A stretch of DNA of 64,000 bases from Candidatus Latescibacterota bacterium (lineage in GTDB: Bacteria; Latescibacterota; UBA2968; GCA-2709665). The stretch lies in the NCBI GenBank assembly GCA_965222075.1, contig OZ244937.1, forward strand, positions 5,024,001 to 5,088,000. The letters run 5' to 3'. Below, in pieces: positions 1-11,038 of this stretch. Each line of letters begins with the position of its first letter. Within the stretch, counting starts at the first letter, position 1. The notes beneath the pieces are model-generated. The model was not told the origin of the DNA. It made no database searches and saw only the letters and a program-made list of their open reading frames with translations. Both the position numbers and the translations under genes were made by a program.

Positions 1-82
1 ATCCGACCTGCCTGTGCGTAGCGCGCAGGTGTCCGCACGCCTGCCTGGCGCCAGGCTGGATAAGCCGAAGCCTGTCCAAACT

Positions 83-655
83 TTAGTACAGAGTATCCAA
101 CCACCCCAATACCATCCATACGATGGTCATAAAAATTCCGATTAACACCAGACACAACCACCACCAAACCCATTTCTGCTGAGCACTTCGAAAGTGTTCA
201 ATGCTGTGCCACCGCGCATTCTGCCATGCCCACTCACTACCTCTTGCTCCCATTATCAATGCTATTGCTATGTAGACCACACCAGCTATTGCACCGCCCA
301 CGAGCGCTCCCAGTATCAATGTTATTACTATGCCGACTACAGGAACCAGACAGAGCAAGGCAATATAGGTTCTGTTGCCCAATCCCCATATCCAATTCAT
401 TAAGAAGGCACCCCAGTTCCACTTCTTGATTTCGTCCGGAACTACCGACGATTTTCCTTTTCCAGAGAGGTTTTCCGGGATTCTAACCTGGATTTCATAT
501 CCTATCCTGATTTTGTCTAAAACGGCAGGTTTAACCCCCAGTTTGTCGGCCGCTGGCACCAATCCCTGATTTTGAATGAGGTTAGCGATTTCAGAGACCG
601 TTGGCCCTCCCGGAAGTGCAGCAATTGTTGTGGAGTCGTTAATTTCTTTATTCAT
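83..655 (-). CDS. Hypothetical membrane protein (WNWGAF..WIWG motif family)
   Basis: 190 aa ORF with KKWNWGAFLMNWIWGLGN and GSEWAWQN motifs and several hydrophobic segments; AGAAAGGA RBS upstream. Confidence 0.75.
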   Translation of the reverse strand: MNKEINDSTTIAALPGGPTVSEIANLIQNQGLVPAADKLGVKPAVLDKIRIGYEIQVRIPENLSGKGKSSVVPDEIKKWNWGAFLMNWIWGLGNRTYIALLCLVPVVGIVITLILGALVGGAIAGVVYIAIALIMGARGSEWAWQNARWHSIEHFRSAQQKWVWWWLCLVLIGIFMTIVWMVLGWLDTLY

Positions 656-760
656 TCTTCATATCCTTTCTCCATAGGCCACAGAACGGACGCTAAATTG
701 GATTTTCTGAGGTTTTGAGGCTACCGGTTCAAATATCCTTAGTGTAACGAGTTATTATCA

Positions 761-1966
761 CTATTTTTTCCCCTTGATGTCTACCTCCTCGCTACTTTTC
801 TTTTTCTTTTTGAAGAACTCCTGCAGTTTCTTCTGCTCTTCTGTCAGCGGCGGATTGATCTCGTCGAGCATCCGCTGGGCGTTTCCGCTCCACTGCGGAT
901 CGCGTTTCGCTTTCTCGTAAGATCTCAGGGCCCGAACGGAGTCTTGCTTGGACCTGGATTTTTTCCAACGGTTGAAGAAGTGACTGCCCTTCATGTAGTT
1001 GAGTTTTCCATTCCCCGGATCAAGCTTGAGGCCCCGGTTGACCATGGTGATGGCCCCGGTTGCATCGGCCAGTTGTTCAACCACCACCAGGTTGTCGGGC
1101 TGGAGCTGGAGCATTTTATTTAAAATTCGGACCTGAAACCTTTTGGACTTGTTCAGTTTCTTTCCGAGCGTGAGGAGATTTTCAAGGTAGAGGTAATTCT
1201 CGGGGTCGTGGGCGTGGAGTTTTTCGTAAGCGCCAAATGCCTTCTGAAGCATCTCTCGTTGCTGGTATATATTGGCCAGCGTCTCAAGGGTCGCAAAATC
1301 CTTCGGGTCCATCTCAATGAGCTTCTCCATCTCCTTCAGGGCCTCATCCTCTTCCCCCGTATGCAGGGCCAGCTTTGCGATTGTATCCTGTATTTCGGGG
1401 TTGTCCGGTTCCAATTCGCCCCAGCGGCGGGCGTACTGCAGGGCCAACTCGTACTCGCTCTCTTCAATATAGAGGCTCACCAGAGAATGCAGGTAGTGGA
1501 TCTCCTGCTCTTGCGCGGGAGATAAGCCAAGCAGAATATTATATGTCTCAATGGCTGCCGACCGGTTTTCCTGTATCAGATAGAGTTGAGCGAGATACGT
1601 ATAGGCAATTTTGGTATTTTTGCTCTGAGGCGCCAGCTCCGTTGACTTTTCGAACCAGGAGACTGCCTCGTCATAATGCTCGAGTTCGTTACGAAGCCTG
1701 CCCAGGTAATAGGCCGTCTTCGCATTTTTCTGGTTATAGTTCCAGGACTTGGTCAGTTGTACTTCCGCATCTTCATATTGTTTGCTCATCAAATATCTGT
1801 GGCCAAATAAGAGATGTTGGCTGGATAGCACGGCCGAATCGGCGGCCGCCAATTTGGGCTCGGCGTTTTCTTTCTCTTTCTTTTTTGCCGCGACCGATGA
1901 GACGTCTCCCAGAATCAGGAGCCCGCACCAAAGGCCGACCAACCCAAATCGTATTTTGGGTTTCAT
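761..1966 (-). CDS. Exported tetratricopeptide-repeat protein
   Basis: Repeated TPR-like units (AYYLGRL, EALKEMEKLIEMDPKD); signal-peptide-like N-terminus from ATG 1966 with GGGGAG RBS (ORF track starts at 2056). Confidence 0.85.
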   Translation of the reverse strand: MKPKIRFGLVGLWCGLLILGDVSSVAAKKKEKENAEPKLAAADSAVLSSQHLLFGHRYLMSKQYEDAEVQLTKSWNYNQKNAKTAYYLGRLRNELEHYDEAVSWFEKSTELAPQSKNTKIAYTYLAQLYLIQENRSAAIETYNILLGLSPAQEQEIHYLHSLVSLYIEESEYELALQYARRWGELEPDNPEIQDTIAKLALHTGEEDEALKEMEKLIEMDPKDFATLETLANIYQQREMLQKAFGAYEKLHAHDPENYLYLENLLTLGKKLNKSKRFQVRILNKMLQLQPDNLVVVEQLADATGAITMVNRGLKLDPGNGKLNYMKGSHFFNRWKKSRSKQDSVRALRSYEKAKRDPQWSGNAQRMLDEINPPLTEEQKKLQEFFKKKKKSSEEVDIKGKK

Positions 1967-2241
1967 TGCGTTTACACTCCCCAATGGCCGATCCATCCTG
2001 GACGTTGTTTGAAAAAGGTTCGTTAAGCCTGTAAAAGTCCTATCATTAAAGGTCATTAAGGGGTCTGGAATCTTATGAATGTTGAAATCTAATGAATAGA
2101 AATATATATGTCAAGATAAAATCCACCCCATCTATATTTTTACCACATTTGAACGGCGGGGAGTCGGAAAAAGTTCCTTTTTATCGCCTTTAAAATAGGA
2201 CTAAAACCTGAAATTTCAATATATTATTGATATTTCCAATA

Positions 2242-2817
2242 CTATTTAAGTTTGGCGAACCGGGCGGCTTTGGGTTTGGGAGGGCCAATACGGTCGAGCC
2301 TTTGGTCCACCTCCGCACGCCGGTTTGCCGCCCTGTTCAGGTTCTGGATGAGACGCTCGGCGGCCGGGGAGCGGGCCCCTTTTTCCATAAAATGAGCGGG
2401 TATTCCCGCCAGTTCCCGGAGGAGTTTCCCCTCCCCGAGCAGGAGTTCAACGGTCTCGCTCTGGAGCCAGGCAATGTCGAGATAGGCGTTGAAGTGAGAT
2501 TCCCGGGTGAGGAGGAGGCCTTCCACCTCATCCAGCGTGGCTGTGGAATCTTGAGGAGGGGAGGAGGCTTCCGAAAGCCGCTGAAAGGCGGCCAGGGCCT
2601 CTCTAATCCGGTCGTCCGTGCGGTCTCGCCGTTCTTCTGCCTCAAGGAGCGACTGAACGACCTCGTCTCGGATGGGCAGGGCGCGTGTGGATTTCCGCCG
2701 CTGCCGCTGCTGCCGCTGTCTCTGGCGGGCTATGACGTAATTGAGGATCTGGTCTCCCTTCAACCATGCCAGCAAGATAGGCCCGACAACCAGAAAGATG
2801 GGGTAGAAAATCTGCAT
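2242..2817 (-). CDS. Hypothetical protein with N-terminal TM segment and helical/coiled-coil body
   Basis: 191 aa ORF; hydrophobic N-terminus followed by an R/Q-rich stretch. Confidence 0.65.
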   Translation of the reverse strand: MQIFYPIFLVVGPILLAWLKGDQILNYVIARQRQRQQRQRRKSTRALPIRDEVVQSLLEAEERRDRTDDRIREALAAFQRLSEASSPPQDSTATLDEVEGLLLTRESHFNAYLDIAWLQSETVELLLGEGKLLRELAGIPAHFMEKGARSPAAERLIQNLNRAANRRAEVDQRLDRIGPPKPKAARFAKLK

Positions 2818-2974
2818 TATGTTTCTTTCGCCGCAACAACCTGGCGTTCACGATAATAGGGCATTTTAAAGAAAGTATAACTTGTGAATAAAGGCGTGTC
2901 AATAGAATTTTTAAATTGGAGGGGGAGGACCTGTGATTCGGTGGTGGAGAGTTGGGCGATTGGCGAAAAGGAAG

Positions 2975-3003
2975 TTGACAAAGATTGGGGGAGTCTGTAT
3001 ATT
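2975..3003 (+). promoter_or_regulatory. Sigma70-type promoter upstream of guaB
   Basis: TTGACA-17 bp-TATATT. Confidence 0.7.
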
Positions 3004-3010
3004 TGTCTCT

Positions 3011-3190
3011 TAGTCATGATTGACATCCGGTTTTTGGACCGATACCAAGAGGCCTGGATGGTCATCATATTATCTTCGTGTTATCATGCCTTCAACGTAA
3101 GGAGGCTGGCCCCGCCGATTATGGGCCCCGGGGAGGTGTGTGTCCCGGCTTTTATGACCCCTTGATGCGCGTGCGTCAAGGGGATTTTTT
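3011..3190 (+). promoter_or_regulatory. Structured 5' leader with intrinsic terminator (candidate attenuator, riboswitch or sRNA)
   Basis: Four predicted hairpins, then the stem CCCCTTGATGC/GCGTCAAGGGG plus ATTTTTT at 3158-3190, all before the guaB start. Confidence 0.55.
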
Positions 3191-3235
3191 GTATCTGATC
3201 GCAGACAAACAGGTTTCCAGGTCATCAAATAATAG

Positions 3236-4720
<1,485 letters not shown>

Positions 4721-4821
4721 ACGTGAAACGTTCCACCCTGCCTCACCCCCGAAATCCGGAAGCCAGGGTTTTGGGGAAGGGTGGAGGGGGCGTTTGCCTT
4801 TTCAGGTTTTCTATTTAGGGG

Positions 4822-5955
4822 ATGAGTATGCCGATTGAGGTTGACCGCATTCGGGCGGAGTTTCCGGTTGTCCGGAAATGGATTTATATGAACCATGCCG
4901 GCATCGCGCCGATTTCGCAGTCGGTTTATCGGGCGATGAACGGGTACCTCCGGGATGTGGCGAGCAACGGGATGACGGAAGTAGAGGCCTGGCGGAAGGC
5001 CGAGGTCCGGACCCGGAAGCTGGCCGCACGTTTGATCGGGGCACGGCCTTCGGAGATCGCTTTCGTGAAGAATACGACCGAAGGCATCCTGGCCGTGGCC
5101 AACGGGCTGCGCTGGCGTTCCGGAGACAGTGTGGTGATTGCCGACCGGGGGTTTCCGGCCAATGTGTATCCGTGGCTGAACTTAGCCTCTCGAGGGGTGG
5201 AGACGCGGATGGTCCCGGAGGTGGACGGCCGCATCCGGCTGGAGGATCTCTTAGGCGCAGTGGAAGAACACACGCGCGTCATTTCCATCAGTTCGGTGGA
5301 GTTTGCCAGTGGGTTTCGCCACGATCTGAAGACGATCGGCGCCTTCTGCAAAGACCGCGATATTCTCTTTTTTGTGGATGCGATTCAAAGTCTGGGGGCG
5401 CTTGGGCTGGACGTGGCCGAAGCGGCGATCGATTTTGCCTCGGCCGATGCGCACAAGTGGCTGCTGGGGCCGGAGGGTACCGGCATTTTTTTCTGTTCTC
5501 GTCGGGCGATGAAGCGACTCAGGGTGGTCAATTTGGGATGGGCAAGTGTGGTGAATCCAAGGGATTTTCTGTCGTACGATACTACGCCTTTGTCCGATGC
5601 GCAGCGATTTGAGTGCGGCACGCTAAACAGGGTGGGTATGTACGGCCTGAAGGCCTGTTTCGATTTGATTCACACGACCGGGATAGAAGAGATCGAAGCG
5701 CGGGTGTTGATGCTTACCGACCAGCTTTGCGCTGGACTTGAAGAGAAGGGATACACGGTGGTCAGTTCCCGGCGGCCTGAAGAGAAGTCTGGTATTGTGG
5801 TGCTCCGGCATTCTGACATCACATCCGAAGCCCTGTATGAGAAGTTGTATGAGGCGAATATTGTGGGTGCTGTGCGTGGGGGTGGGCTCAGGTTATCTCC
5901 ACATTTTTATAATACCGAGGAAGAGGTCGATCGGGTTTTGGATGTGTTGCCGTAG
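4822..5955 (+). CDS. Class V PLP aminotransferase / cysteine desulfurase-like enzyme
   Basis: YMNHAGIAP, VDAIQSLG, ADAHKWLLGPEG (PLP Lys), LRLSPHFYNT. Confidence 0.92.
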   Translation: MSMPIEVDRIRAEFPVVRKWIYMNHAGIAPISQSVYRAMNGYLRDVASNGMTEVEAWRKAEVRTRKLAARLIGARPSEIAFVKNTTEGILAVANGLRWRSGDSVVIADRGFPANVYPWLNLASRGVETRMVPEVDGRIRLEDLLGAVEEHTRVISISSVEFASGFRHDLKTIGAFCKDRDILFFVDAIQSLGALGLDVAEAAIDFASADAHKWLLGPEGTGIFFCSRRAMKRLRVVNLGWASVVNPRDFLSYDTTPLSDAQRFECGTLNRVGMYGLKACFDLIHTTGIEEIEARVLMLTDQLCAGLEEKGYTVVSSRRPEEKSGIVVLRHSDITSEALYEKLYEANIVGAVRGGGLRLSPHFYNTEEEVDRVLDVLP

Positions 5956-5976
5956 ATAAACGCTGTGGATAGAAGC

Positions 5977-6004
5977 GCCGTAGGGCCTCCCCTACGGTTT
6001 TTTT
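5977..6004 (+). terminator. Intrinsic terminator
   Basis: CCGTAGGG-cctc-CCCTACGG followed by a T-tract. Confidence 0.8.
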
Positions 6005-6259
6005 GTTCAGGGTCGTCGGTTTTTGCTGCGTGAAGGAGGTGCGCATAAGAGAACGCCCACACGAACTGTTCAAGGAGGGTTCTGTTAACGCAAGTCGGAT
6101 CGATACAACCGGGTAGATGTCGGCGGTGCAAGCGAATTGAATGCTTGTGTTTTGTTTGAGCAGAAAAAATCGAAAAATGAAGATTAGTCTTGATTCTTTG
6201 CCTGGAACGTTCTTATATTTTGGTTTAGATCGCAAAGTTATTAAGGACCAATGCTGGGT

Positions 6260-6308
6260 ATCCGACCTGCCTGCCACGAAGTCTCTGGCAGGCCTGCAGC
6301 AGGCAGGT
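6260..6308. repeat. Short palindromic REP-like element
   Basis: ACCTGCCTGC...GCAGGCAGGT inverted repeat; ATCCGACCTGCCTG also occurs at positions 1-14. Confidence 0.5.
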
Positions 6309-6326
6309 GCAGAGGACTGATAGATT

Positions 6327-6444
6327 AAAGAGGTATAATAGGGGATCGAGCAGGGCTGACGTTTCCATAGATTATCCTCCTTATTGATGTGTCTCAGTAT
6401 TGAAGGATAATCTAACGCGTCCTGCTCATTTCTTATAGCTCTTT
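6327..6444 (+). ncRNA. Predicted long rod-like hairpin upstream of the histone-like gene
   Basis: Nested complementary blocks AAAGAG/CTCTTT, GAGCAGG/CCTGCTC, TAGATTATCCT/AGGATAATCTA. Confidence 0.4.
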
Positions 6445-6496
6445 CTCACGGAATTGTCCAAAGTTTAGTAATCTTTATCGTAAGGAGGTGAACGCG

Positions 6497-6949
6497 ATGC
6501 CGGCTGCCAGGAAGGCTAAGAAGGCTGCTAAGAAGGCTGCTAAGAAGGCTGCCAGGAAAGCTAAGAAGGCTGCTAAGAAGGCTGCTAAGAAGGCTGCCAG
6601 GAAAGCTAAGAAGGCTGCCAGGAAGGCTGCCAGGAAGGCTAAGAAGGCTGCTAAGAAGGCTACCAGGAAGGTTGCCGAGAAGCCCGTCGAGAAGGTTGCC
6701 AGGAAGGTTGCCAAGAAGCCCGTCGAGAAGGTTGCCAAGAAGGTTGCCAAGAAGGCTACCAAGAAGGTTGCCAAGAAGGCTACCAAGAAGGCTACCAAGA
6801 AGGCTACCAAGAAGGCTACTAAGAAGGTTGCCAGGAAGGCAAGAAGGCTGCCAGGAAGCCTGCCAGGAAGCCTGCCAGGAAGCCTGCCAGGAAGGCTAAG
6901 AAGGCTGCCAGGAAGCCTGCCAGGAAGGCTAAGAAGGCTTAAAAGATAG
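6497..6949 (+). CDS. Histone H1-like Lys/Ala-rich nucleoid protein with an apparent 1-nt deletion near 6840
   Basis: TAAGGAGG RBS and ATG 6497; KKAA/KKAT/RKA repeats; repeat register shifts after 6840. Confidence 0.85.
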   Translation: MPAARKAKKAAKKAAKKAARKAKKAAKKAAKKAARKAKKAARKAARKAKKAAKKATRKVAEKPVEKVARKVAKKPVEKVAKKVAKKATKKVAKKATKKATKKATKKATKKVARKARRLPGSLPGSLPGSLPGRLRRLPGSLPGRLRRLKR

Positions 6950-7068
6950 AACACTTCTGGCCTGTGCTGTTTGCCTCCCGTGAGTGGGAGCGGTCTCTCC
7001 CCTATGTTTAAGATCGGTAGCTGGCGAGAAGTTCCCTTCTGTCGTACGAGGTATGGAGGTGGGAGATA

Positions 7069-7251
7069 TTGTCAAGAGTTGTGGATGAGAAGAAGAAGGT
7101 GGCGCGGGTGACCTATCTGCCGGCTCAGACCGACCTCTCTAAGATGGAGCTGGCCGTGGCCCGGGTCGGTTACGGTGCGAACGATACCAAGGCCGACGTC
7201 AAGGCCTATGCCGACCTTCCCGGTTGCTGCAAGCTGCCGGATAAGAAATAG
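7069..7251 (+). pseudogene. C-terminal fragment of a heavy-metal-associated (HMA) domain protein
   Basis: VARVTY..TDLSKMELAVARVGY..AYADLPGCCK; the N-terminal CxxC half is absent. Confidence 0.6.
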
Positions 7252-7253
7252 GC

Positions 7254-7694
7254 ATGTCCCAGGAGACAGGGTGTCATTCCGGAGAGGATGTGCGGGCGAT
7301 TGACGACCTCCTGCAGCGCTTGGAAGAAGCGGTTGCCCGGGGGGATCCGGAGGCCTTGGCCGCCCTGCTCTGCAGGGAAGTGAGCGCCGTCTTTTCCGGA
7401 ACGTCCGAACCGGTTCGGGGTCGAGAGGCCGTGCTTGCAACCTGGAAGCGGCATATGGCCCAGTGGTCGGAGGTTCGAATTGCCCGGCGGCATACTGTTG
7501 TGCGTATCCACAGCGATGTGGCCTGGGGGAGTTTTATGTGGGATGGCGAGGGCCGGGTGGATGGGAAATGCTACCGGCTGGAGGACGAGCGGTGGACGGT
7601 TGTGATGCTGTGGGAAGATGGTGGGTGGCGGCTGGCGCAGACGCATACGTCCATGCCCTATCGCAACTGGGAGTCGCACCGGGTAGACGGGTAG
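7254..7694 (+). CDS. NTF2/SnoaL-like family protein
   Basis: AVARGDPEALAALL, VRGREAV, RWTVVM..EDGGWRLAQTHTSMP. Confidence 0.85.
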   Translation: MSQETGCHSGEDVRAIDDLLQRLEEAVARGDPEALAALLCREVSAVFSGTSEPVRGREAVLATWKRHMAQWSEVRIARRHTVVRIHSDVAWGSFMWDGEGRVDGKCYRLEDERWTVVMLWEDGGWRLAQTHTSMPYRNWESHRVDG

Positions 7695-7894
7695 ATGACA
7701 GGCACCTTTTTGCTTGTATTTCGGTTTTATCTAAGGCCTCTTCTGCTGGCGGAAAGGGCTATTTTATTTGGTGAGTACGGATACCCCTGTGCGCTGTTCT
7801 TGTCTTTCGCTGCGGTGTATGTTATTTTGCCATCGTTCAAAACAGCGACTCCCGATTCAAACCAATCGACTCTGACCGAGAGATCGGGACTCAT

Positions 7895-9016
7895 ATGGAT
7901 TTTTTACCGGAGACGATTCTGCAGTTTGGCGGGGGGAATTTCCTCCGGGCGTTTGTCGACCTGTTCGTGCACGAGGCGAACCAGTCCGGGCAAGCGGTGG
8001 GGCGCGTGGTTGTGGTACAGTCGACTGAGAGCAACCGTGCGGAACTGCTCAATGTCCAGGGCGGGCGATACCACGTGGTGATCCGGGGGCTGGTGGGTGG
8101 GGAGGGGGTCAATCGGGCGCAGGCGGTGGAGAGTATCAGCCGGGCGCTGGTGGCAAAGACGGAGTGGGAAGAGGTGCTGGATGTGGGGCGGTCTCCGGAG
8201 TTGCGCTGGATTGTTTCCAATGCGACCGAGGCGGGTTATGCGCTGGATGCGGATGACCGTGCGGAGGGTGGGGCGCCGGGGTCGTTTCCGGCCAAGCTGC
8301 TGCTGGTGCTTAGCGCGCGGTTCAAGGCCGGAGGGGCAGGGGTGACGGTTCTGCCGTGTGAACTGGTCGAACAGAACGGCGATCGGTTGCTGGACCTGGT
8401 CCTGGAGCAGGCGCAGGTCTGGGGGATTGCGGGCGCTCTGACCGATTGGCTGCGGCATGAGGTACGCTGGCTGAATACGCTGGTGGACCGGATCGTGAGC
8501 GGGAGGCCGGAGGGACACCCGCTGCTGGGGAAGGATGCGCTGCTGACGGTGGCCGAGCCGTTCGCGCTGTGGGTGATTGAGGAGAAGGGAGAGGCCGCGC
8601 CCCTTTTCCACCATCCCGCGCTCCAGCGGGTTGGGGATGTGCGGCCGTTTTCGCTTCGGAAGGTGCGGATTCTCAACGGGGCGCATACGGCGCTGGTGTG
8701 TAAGGCGCTGCCGCTGGGCATCGAAACGGTTCGGGAGGCGGTGCTGCATCCGGAGATCGGGCCGTGGTTGCGGGCGCTGGTGTTTGAAGAGATCGTGCCC
8801 ACGCTCGAGGGGCGTGTAGAAGGCTCCGGGCGTTTTGCAGAGCAGGTTCTGGAACGGTTTGCCAATCCTTTTTTGAACCACCAGCTGGCCGATATTGCGC
8901 TTCACCATGATGCCAAGGTAAAGGTGCGTGTGATGCCTACGTACGAGGCGTTTGTGGAGGCTTTCGGGCAGAAGCCGGGGCTTCTGGGTGAGATTTTAAG
9001 CAATTACCTGAACTGA
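7895..9016 (+). CDS. uxaB: Altronate (tagaturonate) oxidoreductase, mannitol dehydrogenase family
   Basis: [54 protein letters not shown]. Confidence 0.88.
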   Translation: MDFLPETILQFGGGNFLRAFVDLFVHEANQSGQAVGRVVVVQSTESNRAELLNVQGGRYHVVIRGLVGGEGVNRAQAVESISRALVAKTEWEEVLDVGRSPELRWIVSNATEAGYALDADDRAEGGAPGSFPAKLLLVLSARFKAGGAGVTVLPCELVEQNGDRLLDLVLEQAQVWGIAGALTDWLRHEVRWLNTLVDRIVSGRPEGHPLLGKDALLTVAEPFALWVIEEKGEAAPLFHHPALQRVGDVRPFSLRKVRILNGAHTALVCKALPLGIETVREAVLHPEIGPWLRALVFEEIVPTLEGRVEGSGRFAEQVLERFANPFLNHQLADIALHHDAKVKVRVMPTYEAFVEAFGQKPGLLGEILSNYLN

Positions 9017-9138
9017 AATTCGATCTATGGGAACCGATCAGCGATATCCTATTCCCGCCGGGACTTATCGGACAGAGGAGGAGATTAAACGGAGCCGGTT
9101 TATTACGACTTGGAGGCTCTAAGTTGGGAGGAACGCCT

Positions 9139-9975
9139 ATGGGATCGGTTCGGGCAGTTTATATGATTACGGATATGGAGGGGGTGGCCGGGGTGGACGA
9201 CTGGGATCCCCGGCATTTTGAATATGCCAATCAGGCCAAGGGGGTGTACGACCGCTCGGAGGTGCAGCGGCTGCTGACGGGGGAGGTGAACGCTGCGGCC
9301 GAAGGGCTGTTCGAGGCGGGGGTGGGGGAGATTCTGATTAACGACGGGCACGGTGCGGGGCGGACGATTCTGCCCGAGGAGCTGATTTCGGGGGTCAAAA
9401 TCGTTCGGGGGAAGAACCGGCCGCGTGGGCTGACGGGGTGCTCGTCGAAGTTCGATGCGATGGTGCAGGTGGGGATGCATGCGATGGCCAACACCCCAAA
9501 CGCCTGCTTGGCGCACACGATGAGCCGGGACGTTGTTTACCGGGTGAACGGGCGGGAGGTGGGGGAGATGCAGATTGCGGCCTACTTAGCAGGCCAGCTC
9601 GGCATTCCCTGGATTTTCACGTCGGGAGATTTGCACGCGTGCCGGGAGTCGGAGGACTGGGTGGAGGGGATTGTGACGGCGCCGGTGAAGGAGGGACTGT
9701 CGGATTTGTGTGCGATCCACCTGGCGCCCGTGGATGCCCGGAAGCTGATCCGGGAGCGGATTCAGGAGGCGGTGAAGGTGGCGGAAGAGATCGAGCCGCT
9801 GAGGGCGGAGGGTCCGGTGGTAATGGAGATCGAGCGGGGGGAGCCGTGGCCGGCGAAGTTGAGGGAAGGGGCGGAACGGGTGGACGCGTTTACGATCCGG
9901 TATACCGGAGACCATTTCTGGCAGGTGTACCACCACTACTACCAGGGGAGACCGGATTTGTCGCTGCCGGAGTGA
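9139..9975 (+). CDS. M55 family D-aminopeptidase (DppA-like)
   Basis: TDMEGVAGV, GEVNAA, INDGHG, VGMHAM, LAHTM, SGD, APVKEG. Confidence 0.9.
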   Translation: MGSVRAVYMITDMEGVAGVDDWDPRHFEYANQAKGVYDRSEVQRLLTGEVNAAAEGLFEAGVGEILINDGHGAGRTILPEELISGVKIVRGKNRPRGLTGCSSKFDAMVQVGMHAMANTPNACLAHTMSRDVVYRVNGREVGEMQIAAYLAGQLGIPWIFTSGDLHACRESEDWVEGIVTAPVKEGLSDLCAIHLAPVDARKLIRERIQEAVKVAEEIEPLRAEGPVVMEIERGEPWPAKLREGAERVDAFTIRYTGDHFWQVYHHYYQGRPDLSLPE

Positions 9976-10178
9976 AAGGAGGTTGCCCAAGACAAGGGGA
10001 TCAGCCTGGTGCAACTGGCAATTGCCTGGGTTTTGCGGCTGCCGGTGATCTCCTGCGTTCTGGGGAGGCCAAGAGTCCGAAGCAGGTTGAAAAACACGTG
10101 GGGGCGGCGGAAGTGAGGTTCAGCGCGGAGGAGTTAGAGCGCATCGAAGCGATTCTGGAAGATACACCGGAGGGGTGA
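9976..10178 (+). pseudogene. C-terminal remnant of an aldo/keto reductase with a frameshift
   Basis: KEVAQDKGISLVQLAIAWVLRLPVISCVL, then a frame change near 10065 to AKSPKQVEKHVGAAEVRFSAEELERIEAIL; no start codon. Confidence 0.75.
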
Positions 10179-10242
10179 AAGGGGATTACAAAACGTAAGA
10201 TGCAAGCTGGCCTTTCGCAAAAAATCGGAGGATGGAGCTTTT

Positions 10243-11034
10243 ATGGAAAAGGAACTGGTTCAGATGCGGGTGAACGGGTGGTGTGTTTTGGAGGGGATTG
10301 TTCCCGAAGATCGAGTGGGGGCGGTGCGCCAGAGTGTCTTGGAGTCCGTTGAGCGGCACGGGAGGCCCGAACCCCGTGAGGTAGGGATCGGCCATGTGTC
10401 GGGATTTATTGGGTACGACCAGTCGCTTGCCCCTTACCTGGCGGATTCACGCCTTATGGGCATTGCAGGGGCGCTGCTGGGTCATCATGTGCGGATTTCC
10501 ATGGTGTCTGCAACAATAAATCTGCCTGGAAATAAACGGGGGGTATGGCATGCGGACTGGCCTTTCAACCAGAACAACGTGGGGCACATCCGGGCGCCTT
10601 ACCCGGATGTGGTTGCACATTTGACGACGCTGTGGATGCTTTCGCCCTTCAGTGCGGAGAACGGGGGGACGCTCATTCTGCCGGGCAGCCACCGGGCGGA
10701 CAACAACCCCACCGGAGACAACGGAATCGATCCGAAGGATTTCCTGCCGGGCGAACTCCAGGCTACCGGAGAGGCCGGCAGTGTGCTGGTGATAGACAGC
10801 CGGCTGTGGCACGCCTCGGCCCCCAATACCACCGATGAACCGCGTGTGTCGGTTGTGATTCGCTATGCTCCCTGGTGGCTCAACACGGATGTGCTGATGC
10901 CCGGTTCGGCCGAACGGGCGCGGATGGTGGACGAGCCGGGCGCTTCGGAGAATGAGCAGCCGCCAGTGCCGAAGGAGGTCTACGATGGCCTGCCCGAGGA
11001 TGTGAAACCCCTTTTCCGGCACTGGGTGAGGTGA
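10243..11034 (+). CDS. PhyH-family Fe(II)/2-oxoglutarate dioxygenase
   Basis: WHADWP (HxD), ENGGTLILPGSH, GSVLVIDSRLWH, NTTDEPR. Confidence 0.9.
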   Translation: MEKELVQMRVNGWCVLEGIVPEDRVGAVRQSVLESVERHGRPEPREVGIGHVSGFIGYDQSLAPYLADSRLMGIAGALLGHHVRISMVSATINLPGNKRGVWHADWPFNQNNVGHIRAPYPDVVAHLTTLWMLSPFSAENGGTLILPGSHRADNNPTGDNGIDPKDFLPGELQATGEAGSVLVIDSRLWHASAPNTTDEPRVSVVIRYAPWWLNTDVLMPGSAERARMVDEPGASENEQPPVPKEVYDGLPEDVKPLFRHWVR

Positions 11035-11038
11035 TGCC

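Noticed and set aside
83-655. 'Ribonuclease G' label sometimes attached to WNWGAF proteins
   Set aside because: Small membrane protein with no S1 or RNase E/G domain
3121-3165. ykkC-like ATAAAAGCCGGGA on the minus strand; 6S or SRP identity for the guaB leader
   Set aside because: Wrong orientation for guaB and the remaining consensus elements were not recognised
6497-6945. Tandem repeats as a CRISPR array, or the antisense (6475-6954) and alternate-frame (6672-6899) ORFs as genes
   Set aside because: No unique spacers or cas genes; the repeats are codon-periodic Lys/Ala coding with an RBS on the plus strand
9973-10100. Selenocysteine or readthrough at the M55 peptidase TGA, since the AKR fragment continues in frame
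   Set aside because: The peptidase is already complete, the downstream piece is an unrelated frameshifted AKR tail, and no SECIS-like hairpin is evident
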